This document shows, piece by piece, positions 10,097 to 16,482 of a stretch of 46,941 nucleotides of DNA. Location: positions 1 to 46,941 of IMG/VR virus record IMGVR_UViG_3300048586_000076; one strand, written 5' to 3'. Position numbers and translations under genes: made by a program. The stretch's first letter is position 1, and the number at the start of each line of letters is the position of its first letter. The DNA comes from a virus (taxonomy: Duplodnaviria; Caudoviricetes). The notes beneath the pieces were generated by a model. That model did not search any database and was not told the DNA's origin. It saw only the letters and a list, made by a program, of their open reading frames with translations.

Positions 10097-10413
10097 GCCG
10101 GAACCTCGATAAAGTCCTCGCCGAACTGCCGCCAAAACTCGATCGGCCGATCGTCGGAATAAATCGCGCGTTCCTCATTCCGCACGCCGTTGGCGAACAC
10201 GCGGATTTCGATCCCGATATCCGCCCCGTTCCGCATGCGGTACGGAATGAACAGCGGGCGGCGCGTGTCGATATCGCGGACGGGCACGCGCATGAAGCCG
10301 AAAACCTTCTGCGGCTGGCAACAGCAACGGACGGGCAACCATTCGGTGCGCTTCGGCAATTCGAATGCGAGATTGATCGGCACGGCTTCGACGCTTGGGG
10401 TGGGGGCTTTCAT
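10093..10413 (-). CDS. Hypothetical protein (RCCCQP motif)
   Basis: ATG 10413 overlaps the upstream stop, with an AGGA RBS. Confidence 0.65.
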   Translation of the reverse strand: MKAPTPSVEAVPINLAFELPKRTEWLPVRCCCQPQKVFGFMRVPVRDIDTRRPLFIPYRMRNGADIGIEIRVFANGVRNEERAIYSDDRPIEFWRQFGEDFIEVPA

Positions 10414-10760
10414 CTGCGATTTCCTGCTGCGTTGGTGTTGACGACGGTAGCGTTTAGGTGGGGGTGGCGGGCCTTCACTTCTTTCGCGGGCGTCCACGAC
10501 TGCCGGCCCTCGCGGTCGCGATCGTCCTGAGCCTTGTAGTGCTGCGCCATGCGACACATGAAATTCCAGACGCCTTCGTTCGCGGCCTCGTCGCGGCTAT
10601 AGCGCATGCTCATAAACAAATCGTAAAGCTCTGCGCCGCGAAGCTTGCGGCGGTTCTTGAATTCGCTCCGGCATTTCTCGGAACAGAATTTCGCCTCTAG
10701 CCGGCGGGTCTCGTGAGGTTTGCCGCACTCAAGGCATGTCACTCGGATTGTCTTAGCCAT
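10410..10760 (-). CDS. Small Zn-finger protein (CxxC...FCSxxC)
   Basis: CLECGKP...KFCSEKCR, AGGAG RBS and its own promoter candidate upstream. Confidence 0.75.
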   Translation of the reverse strand: MAKTIRVTCLECGKPHETRRLEAKFCSEKCRSEFKNRRKLRGAELYDLFMSMRYSRDEAANEGVWNFMCRMAQHYKAQDDRDREGRQSWTPAKEVKARHPHLNATVVNTNAAGNRR

Positions 10761-10800
10761 CGGGTCGCGCTCCTGTCATGGGGCTTGCGGGTACCCGGAT

Positions 10801-10839
10801 AGAATAGGCCGGCCCATGACGCGCTGTCAAGGGCCGGCC
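10801..10839 (-). promoter_or_regulatory. Leftward sigma70-type promoter embedded in a dyad (possible terminator of the upstream gene)
   Basis: Minus strand TTGACA-N18-TATTCT inside GGCCGGCCC-TTGAC-N5-GTCAT-GGGCCGGCC. Confidence 0.6.
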
Positions 10840-10856
10840 GGTAGTGTGGCCCGGAA

Positions 10857-11186
10857 TTATTCTCCGCTGTCCTGCGGGCCGCTATAGCCGGTGTATTCGC
10901 CGCCCTGGTCGCTGTCCGCCGGCTCGGCGGTCTTGGGCTGGTTGCCCTTTCCGGCGGCCTTCGCGGCGGCCTTCGCTGCCTTTTCCTCGGCCTTGGCGAT
11001 TTCCTTGTCGTCCATGCTGGTCGCCTTGGCAGAAACCGACACGGCTTTCAGCTTCTTGATGAAAGCGAGGTCGCCGGTCTGCGCGGCCTTCACAAGGTTC
11101 AGCGCTCCGATCTGCTTGTCGACGTCGGTCTTGTCGACCGGCAAGAAACCGCTGATCGAAAACTTGAAACCTGAAACTCTTGGCAT
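10857..11186 (-). CDS. Hypothetical protein with Lys/Ala-rich tail
   Basis: AAGGAG RBS and 109-aa ORF. Confidence 0.7.
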   Translation of the reverse strand: MPRVSGFKFSISGFLPVDKTDVDKQIGALNLVKAAQTGDLAFIKKLKAVSVSAKATSMDDKEIAKAEEKAAKAAAKAAGKGNQPKTAEPADSDQGGEYTGYSGPQDSGE

Positions 11187-11246
11187 TGGTAGTCTCCTTG
11201 TTATGCCGCGATCCGCGCGGCGCGGTCGAAAGTGGTTAACGGCGGT

Positions 11247-11399
11247 TCAACTGTGTTGCGTAGCAAGGTGAAGGTCGCGCTTCAGCCTTTTCAGTTCGGA
11301 AGTGGCGTCCTTAATCTCGTCCTCCAGATTGCGGATGACGCGCTGCTGCCGGTCAATGTCGTTCTTAATCGCGCGGACCTTGGCCTGTGCAGGTGTCAT
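11247..11399 (-). CDS. 50-aa coiled-coil hypothetical protein (not in ORF track)
   Basis: Manual translation MTPAQAKVRAIKNDIDRQQRVIRNLEDEIKDATSELKRLKRDLHLATQHS*, with a GGAG RBS supplied by the boundary repeat. Confidence 0.7.
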   Translation of the reverse strand: MTPAQAKVRAIKNDIDRQQRVIRNLEDEIKDATSELKRLKRDLHLATQHS

Positions 11400-11421
11400 T
11401 TCTCAACTCCGTTTAGGCGGG

Positions 11422-11670
11422 TTAAACGACTACGCGATTGAGAAAATCCCGCAGCGCGCGAAGCTCGGACGGCGGTATCTCGAATTTGTGGAAGCCGTCT
11501 GCGTCGATCTCGACTTGCCGCTCATGGAAGGCAAGTTCGCCCCAGCCATTGCTGCCGTCCTCGTGCCCAGTCAGCTTGACCGTCAGCAGGCCATCGTCGA
11601 ACGACAGAATCTCGTTGCGCTTCAATTCCATGACTTCGCTCACTTGAGCCTCCGGTTTGCGTGCGTTCAT
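11422..11670 (-). CDS. Hypothetical protein
   Basis: 82-aa ORF filling the space between two boundary repeats. Confidence 0.6.
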   Translation of the reverse strand: MNARKPEAQVSEVMELKRNEILSFDDGLLTVKLTGHEDGSNGWGELAFHERQVEIDADGFHKFEIPPSELRALRDFLNRVVV

Positions 11671-11701
11671 TTTTGCGTCGTCTCACTACGTTAAGGCGGG
11701 T

Positions 11702-11914
11702 TTAGCGATACCAAAAATTGCCGCAGACGTAGCAGTCCACGCGGCCCGTAAGAATGTCCTCCACTGCTTGATCGCAATCGCAATCGGTCGCGTCGTCGCA
11801 ATAGATTTCGTCGATCTCGGCTTGTGTCGGGAGCGGCCTCGGCTGGCGGCCAGCGCAATCGGCCGGACAAGCCGGCCAGTTGCATTGCGGGCCTTTTTCG
11901 CAGGGCACGACCAT
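11702..11914 (-). CDS. Small Cys-rich protein
   Basis: ATG 11914 with a GGAG RBS from the repeat; 9 Cys including a C-terminal CYVC. Confidence 0.6.
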   Translation of the reverse strand: MVVPCEKGPQCNWPACPADCAGRQPRPLPTQAEIDEIYCDDATDCDCDQAVEDILTGRVDCYVCGNFWYR

Positions 11915-11940
11915 CTTCAACTCCGTTTAACGGCGGTCAG

Positions 11941-12915
11941 CTAAACCAAGTCGTTATCTTCGGGCTGGTCATCGCCCGCCGGCTGGTCTTGGTTTTCGTC
12001 CTCTGGCTGCGGCTCCGGATCGGCGGCCTTCGCGGTCGCCTTCTTGTTCTTTGCCGTCGGCTTCGGGTCGGTCGCGGTCTCGGTAAACTCTCCGTCGATC
12101 ACGCCGTCGTCGTCGACGGCGAAGCTTTCGGCGGCCTCGTTCAATTTGTCAGCCGCGCTCTTTTGCCGGCGGCCGGCGGGCGCGGCGGGCTTGTCGTCGA
12201 GGTCGTAATCGTCGTCCATGCGCTCGATCACGCGGCGCATGTCGCTGTCGACCGGCAAGTATTTCGAATGCCGGCGGATCACGGTCTTGCGCGCCATTTC
12301 GTCGAAGTCGGTTTTCCATGGGCCGAACGGCTTGCCGTCCTTGTCCTTCGATCGGGACCGGGCGGCGATGCTGTCGATCTGCGCGCGCGTCATAACCTCG
12401 CGCGATACCGCGCCGTCCTTCATCTTCACAATCGAATAGGCGTGCGTCACGGGGCCGGGGTCGCCATCGCCCGATGGCTCGTGTTCGATCCGCGCGTTGT
12501 CGCCCTTGATGAATTTGAACTTGTCTTTTTTATAGACAACGCTGCTATCCCAAGCCGCGATTTCTCCGGTGTTGCGGGCGCGCTTGATGACGCCTTGAAC
12601 CATCGGAATATATTTCGCTTCCTCGGCCCATTCCTCAACCCATGCGTTGCCCTGCTTGCGGCGCTTCTTGACTTTGAAGATGACAAGCGCGGCCTCGCGC
12701 CCGTCCAGCACAAGCCCGTCGGCGGCGGCCTTCATAACCTCTGCGACGACTGACTGAGGCGTGGCGCGATTAATCTCCGGCCGCATCGTCATGGTGGTCT
12801 TGAGAACGCGCAAGAATTTGTCGGCGGGAATGTATCCCGGCAACGCTTCAATGATCCCCTGTTTGCGCTGCTCGATGAGCGCGAGGGTGGTGACGGGCTT
12901 CTGCTGTTCGGCCAT
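11941..12915 (-). CDS. recT: RecT-family single-strand annealing protein
   Basis: PQSVVAEVMKAAADGLVLDGREAALV, YIPMVQG and GPWKTDFDEMARKTVIRRHSKYLP motifs, plus an acidic tail. Confidence 0.93.
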   Translation of the reverse strand: MAEQQKPVTTLALIEQRKQGIIEALPGYIPADKFLRVLKTTMTMRPEINRATPQSVVAEVMKAAADGLVLDGREAALVIFKVKKRRKQGNAWVEEWAEEAKYIPMVQGVIKRARNTGEIAAWDSSVVYKKDKFKFIKGDNARIEHEPSGDGDPGPVTHAYSIVKMKDGAVSREVMTRAQIDSIAARSRSKDKDGKPFGPWKTDFDEMARKTVIRRHSKYLPVDSDMRRVIERMDDDYDLDDKPAAPAGRRQKSAADKLNEAAESFAVDDDGVIDGEFTETATDPKPTAKNKKATAKAADPEPQPEDENQDQPAGDDQPEDNDLV

Positions 12916-12920
12916 GTGTC

Positions 12921-13766
12921 CTAGTCCTGATTGGTTTCGGTGAAGCTCCAGCGCGGCAACGCGATCGGCTGGACGCTGGTCGGGTATGCCGGCCAGCGAT
13001 ATTTCGGGTCGACCTGCTCGGCCTTGTGGTGTTCGGCATAGAGACTGAGCGCGCGCCGCATCACGGCCTGCCCCTCGGCGACGGCTGCGGCGTCAAGCTC
13101 GTAAGCTGCGAACGCGAAAGGCGCGGCCTTCTCGTAAACCATGAAGATAAAGCCCGGCGTCCGTTTCAGCTTCGCCGCGCGCGTCCAGCCTTCGGAATAA
13201 AACGCATGCTGGACGTGGTACCCATAGCGGCCGATCGCTGCAGCGAACGCGCGATAGCCGGCATTCTCGGCGGATTTCAAATCGCCGATGATATTAAGCT
13301 TGCGATTGTAGGCGTCCGGCCGGCAACGGCAAAGGACGCCCGTCTCGTCGTCCTCCCATAGGCCGGTCTGTTCGAACACGGCACCGTTCAAAAGCGCGCG
13401 CGCCGTGCTGTTGCGGTGCGCGTTGTCGCGGATGCTGCGAACCGTCTTATCCTCGGTGGGGTCGAGCGTTTCGAAGCCGTCGGCGGCGTTCGCTTCGACG
13501 ACGTCGGTCCATGCCTTCGCATTCTTGCGGGCGGCCGGCCCGACACGATACCGGGCCTCGTACTGATCCGGCTCAAGAATGCCGCAATGGATCGCCTGCC
13601 CTAACAGCAGGTGGCGTTCGGTCTTTTCCGATCGCTCGCCGTAGCGATAGTGGGCCGGCGTCTTGTCCCACAAATCCCACAAGCCGGATTTCGAAATGCC
13701 CGGCATCGCGTGGTATTCGTCATTCGGAACGTTGGCGATCGTCGTCGGGAGTTTGAATTCCTTCAT
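12921..13766 (-). CDS. recE: RecE / exodeoxyribonuclease VIII-like PD-(D/E)XK exonuclease (DUF3799-type)
   Basis: YHAMPGISKSGL, GQAIHCGILEP, CRCRPD, DLKS and YHVQHAFY motifs; adjacent to recT. Confidence 0.88.
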   Translation of the reverse strand: MKEFKLPTTIANVPNDEYHAMPGISKSGLWDLWDKTPAHYRYGERSEKTERHLLLGQAIHCGILEPDQYEARYRVGPAARKNAKAWTDVVEANAADGFETLDPTEDKTVRSIRDNAHRNSTARALLNGAVFEQTGLWEDDETGVLCRCRPDAYNRKLNIIGDLKSAENAGYRAFAAAIGRYGYHVQHAFYSEGWTRAAKLKRTPGFIFMVYEKAAPFAFAAYELDAAAVAEGQAVMRRALSLYAEHHKAEQVDPKYRWPAYPTSVQPIALPRWSFTETNQD

Positions 13767-13769
13767 GGC

Positions 13770-14120
13770 TCAAGCCCTCCGCTGATAGGTGGACGGGGCA
13801 AGGCGCTCAACTTGGCCCAATTTAATCAGGCGATCGAGTGTCCCGCTGGCTGTCTTGGCGGCGTACCCGTTCGCCTCAAGCGCCGCGCCAATCTCGGCCA
13901 GCGTGCGCGGCGCGCCGTGCGGAAGCGATGTTAACACGATATCGGTCGGCGTCGGCTCGCCCGGTTTTGGCTTCTTGCGCGCGATAGTCTGGCGCGGCGG
14001 TGCGGCGGGCGTGATCTGCTTGATATCCATGTGCCGGCCTTCGCCGTCCAGCACTTGAATGACAGTCGTCAGTTTGTCGGCCGGGATATCGACCGAAAAT
14101 CGAAACCAAGATTGTGACAT
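13770..14120 (-). CDS. Winged-helix DNA-binding protein (putative)
   Basis: C-terminal TLAEIGAALEANGYAAKTASGTLDRLIKLGQVER pattern. First gene of the leftward recombination operon. Confidence 0.6.
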   Translation of the reverse strand: MSQSWFRFSVDIPADKLTTVIQVLDGEGRHMDIKQITPAAPPRQTIARKKPKPGEPTPTDIVLTSLPHGAPRTLAEIGAALEANGYAAKTASGTLDRLIKLGQVERLAPSTYQRRA

Positions 14121-14161
14121 TGCGCCATTCCTTTCCTGCGTTGCGTCCTGTCAGTCGTCGA

Positions 14162-14204
14162 CAATTAGAGGCGTCTTGACGTGGTGTCAAGGCGGGCCTA
14201 ATAT
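14162..14204. promoter_or_regulatory. Back-to-back divergent promoters sharing a TTGAC-N5-GTCAA dyad
   Basis: Plus strand TTGACG(14176)-N17-TAATAT(14199); minus strand TTGACA(14190)-N17-TAATTG. Divergent genes lie on either side. Confidence 0.7.
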
Positions 14205-14233
14205 TTCTCGATCGAAAAATGAAGGGGCGCACG

Positions 14234-14542
14234 ATGAGCAATCGGGCCGAAAGAATTACCGCCATGTTTGGCGGCGTGATGGAAATGCATCGCGCGACGG
14301 GGATTGATCCCGCGACAATCTCGCGCTTCGCGGCCGGCGGCAAACGCGGCTATCACGGCATGATCCCGGCGCGGTTCAACAATCGCATCCTTGCCGGCGC
14401 TCGCAAGCGGAAGCTGGACGCAAAGGCGATCCTTGCGAACCTGTCGCCGAACGCTTGCCCGTGCTGCGATCGGCCGCTTGAGCCCGGCCAAGAAATCTCG
14501 AACAGCAAACTGCGCACGGCGATCAAGGCCTATGCCTCTTAA
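14234..14542 (+). CDS. Cro-like HTH protein with a C-terminal CxxC
   Basis: ITAMFGGVMEMHRATGIDPATISRF...GMIPAR Cro-type pattern and CPCC; first gene of the replication operon. Confidence 0.7.
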   Translation: MSNRAERITAMFGGVMEMHRATGIDPATISRFAAGGKRGYHGMIPARFNNRILAGARKRKLDAKAILANLSPNACPCCDRPLEPGQEISNSKLRTAIKAYAS

Positions 14543-15977
14543 CCTCCGGCCCTATCAGGACCGGATGATATCGGAGGCGCGTGTAGCGCTTCGGTCGTCC
14601 CGCTCTGTCCTGATGCAATGCCCGACCGGCGGCGGCAAGACTGTGATCGCCGCGAAAATGTGCGGCACTGTCAATGAGAAAAAGCGGCGCGCGTTCTTCA
14701 TTGCGCACCGCGATTTCCTGCTCGAACAAACGTCCCTGACATTCGATCGAGCGGCGATCCCGCATTCGTTCATCGCGGCCGGCGGCTTCCCGCACAATCC
14801 GCACATGCGAATTCAGGTCTGCGGCGTCGCCACTCTCGCGCGCCGGCTGGATCGCGTCGCGGCTCCGGACATAATCTTTTGGGATGAGTGCAAGCATATC
14901 GCTGCGTCGACCTATCAGAAGGTTTTCGAATGGGCCGGGCCTAACTGCAAGCATGTCGGGCTGGACGCGACGCCTGTGCGCCTGGATGGCAAAGGCCTTG
15001 ACCTAGCTTTTCAGTCGATCGTCCTTGGCCCGACGGTGGCGTGGCTTATCGAGAATGGGTTCCTGTCGGAATACCGGGCCTATGCTCCGTCGGCTCCGGA
15101 CCTGTCCGGCGTTCACACGACGGCCGGCGATTTCAATCGCGGCGAATTGGTCGACGTCATGGATAAGGGCGCGATCGTCGGCAACATGGTCGGCCATTAC
15201 AAGGCCCTAGCCGGCGGTCGGCGCGCGGTCTATTTCGCGGTGTCGGTCGAACACTCGCAGCATATCGCGGCGGCGTTCAATGCCGCTGGCATTCCCGCGC
15301 GGCACTTGGACGCAAGCTCGTCGACGCAAGAGCGCTCGCAAGCGGCGCGCGATTTCGCGCGGGGCAAACTGTCCGTCCTGGTCAACGTCGATCTGTTCGG
15401 CGAAGGCTATGATCTGGCGGCGCAAGCCGGCCAAGACGTGGCGATTGACTGCGTCGGCCTCGCGCGGCCAACGCAAAGCCTGGCGCTGCATCTGCAGCAA
15501 TGCGGCCGGGCGCTGCGCCCTGCTCCGGGCAAGGAATACGCTGTGATCCTAGACCATGCCGGCAATCTGGCCCGGCACGGGCTGCCCGATGATGAGCGGG
15601 AATGGACGTTGGCCGGCCGATCGAAAAAGCAAAAGGACACGGGGCCGATCGTCCGCCAGTGTCCCGAATGTTACGGCGTGCATCCCGCGACTAAGCCGGC
15701 CTGTCCCTATTGCGGCTATGTGCATCCGAAAGGTGAAGGCGGGCGCGCGGTCGAGGAACAGGACGGCGACCTGAAAGAAATCGACGTCAAGGCGATGCGA
15801 GCGGCGCGCGCGCGGGAGGAATGGCAATGCCAAACGATCGAGGATTTAATCCGGCTCGGCGTGCGGCGCGGATATTCTGAGCCTGAGAAGTGGGCCGGCT
15901 ACAAATGGACGGCGCGCCAAGCGGCGGCGCAACGTCGGGTCGAAGCTCAAGCCGCGCAATATCGAATGAGGTTCTGA
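14532..15977 (+). CDS. SF2 (DExH-box) DNA helicase with a Zn ribbon
   Basis: LRPYQ, PTGGGKT, DECKH, DATP, LFGEGYD, RPTQS...QQCGRALR, ILDHAGN and CxxC..CxxC motifs. Confidence 0.92.
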   Translation: MPLNLRPYQDRMISEARVALRSSRSVLMQCPTGGGKTVIAAKMCGTVNEKKRRAFFIAHRDFLLEQTSLTFDRAAIPHSFIAAGGFPHNPHMRIQVCGVATLARRLDRVAAPDIIFWDECKHIAASTYQKVFEWAGPNCKHVGLDATPVRLDGKGLDLAFQSIVLGPTVAWLIENGFLSEYRAYAPSAPDLSGVHTTAGDFNRGELVDVMDKGAIVGNMVGHYKALAGGRRAVYFAVSVEHSQHIAAAFNAAGIPARHLDASSSTQERSQAARDFARGKLSVLVNVDLFGEGYDLAAQAGQDVAIDCVGLARPTQSLALHLQQCGRALRPAPGKEYAVILDHAGNLARHGLPDDEREWTLAGRSKKQKDTGPIVRQCPECYGVHPATKPACPYCGYVHPKGEGGRAVEEQDGDLKEIDVKAMRAARAREEWQCQTIEDLIRLGVRRGYSEPEKWAGYKWTARQAAAQRRVEAQAAQYRMRF

Positions 15978-15980
15978 GCC

Positions 15981-16373
15981 GTGTCTGAGCAAGCGCTATC
16001 AAAGCAAATCCTGCTGCGCGCGTCCGCCCTGGGCGCGCGCCTGTTCCGGCAAAACACTGGCGTCGGGTGGGCGGGCAACGCGGAAATCAAATCCAAGGCC
16101 GGCGTGACGACGGTGATCATTCGCGACGCGCGTCCGCTTCGCGCCGGGCTCTGCAAAGGATCGTCGGACCTGATCGGCTGGACGCCCGTCACGATCACGC
16201 CGGACATGGTCGGCAAGACGGTGGCGGTGTTCACGGCGGTCGAGGTCAAGACTGACGGCGTGGTGATGACGCCTGAGCAATCGAATTTTCTGCAGCAAGT
16301 CCGCTCTGCCGGCGGGCACGGTATCGAGGCGCGCGACGTCGCGCATGTCGAATGGCTCAAAGCCTGGCCCTGA
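15981..16373 (+). CDS. VRR-NUC-like nuclease
   Basis: RLFRQNTG, GSSDLIG, AVEVKT and PEQ.NFL..V..AGG motifs. Confidence 0.85.
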   Translation: MSEQALSKQILLRASALGARLFRQNTGVGWAGNAEIKSKAGVTTVIIRDARPLRAGLCKGSSDLIGWTPVTITPDMVGKTVAVFTAVEVKTDGVVMTPEQSNFLQQVRSAGGHGIEARDVAHVEWLKAWP

Positions 16374-16412
16374 AAAGCGAACCGCCCGCTGGCCGGGAGG
16401 TCAACGGGCGGT
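16374..16412. terminator. Hairpin between convergent operons (probable, possibly bidirectional, terminator)
   Basis: ACCGCCCG(16381-16388)...CGGGCGGT(16405-16412), followed by TCGCTTTT on the minus strand. Confidence 0.7.
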
Positions 16413-16444
16413 CACTGACAGGAAACGCGCAGGAATGAGCGCAA
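16374..16444 (-). ncRNA. Candidate ~70-nt trans-acting small RNA complementary to early-gene RBS motifs
   Basis: Upstream TTGACG-N17-TAAATA. The 5' single-stranded segment CAUUCCUGCGCGUUUCCUGUCAGU is complementary to five leaders, followed by a GC hairpin and UCGCUUUU. Confidence 0.55.
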
Positions 16445-16448
16445 CCCG

Positions 16449-16477
16449 TATTTATTGCGTCATGGCGCGTGCGTCAA
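16449..16477 (-). promoter_or_regulatory. Leftward promoter candidate with no downstream CDS
   Basis: TTGACG(16477-16472)-N17-TAAATA(16454-16449), immediately after the primase stop. Confidence 0.5.
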
Positions 16478-16482
16478 GGGCG

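Larger units (their letters stand above)
11235..11943 (-). repeat. Four copies of an intergenic boundary repeat (minus-strand consensus ~ TnAAC-C(C/G)(C/G)C(C/G)-T(T/A)AAC-GGAGTTGA)
   Basis: Copies at 11235-11249, 11403-11425, 11690-11704 and 11917-11940. TCAACTCCGTTTA is identical at 11403 and 11917; TTAACGGCGGT is identical at 11236 and 11927. Confidence 0.75.

Noticed and set aside
11235-11943. Integron attC sites or CRISPR array
   Set aside because: The repeats are too short and lack attC paired cores and hairpins, no integrase is present, and the intervening segments are 150-250-nt genes rather than spacers.
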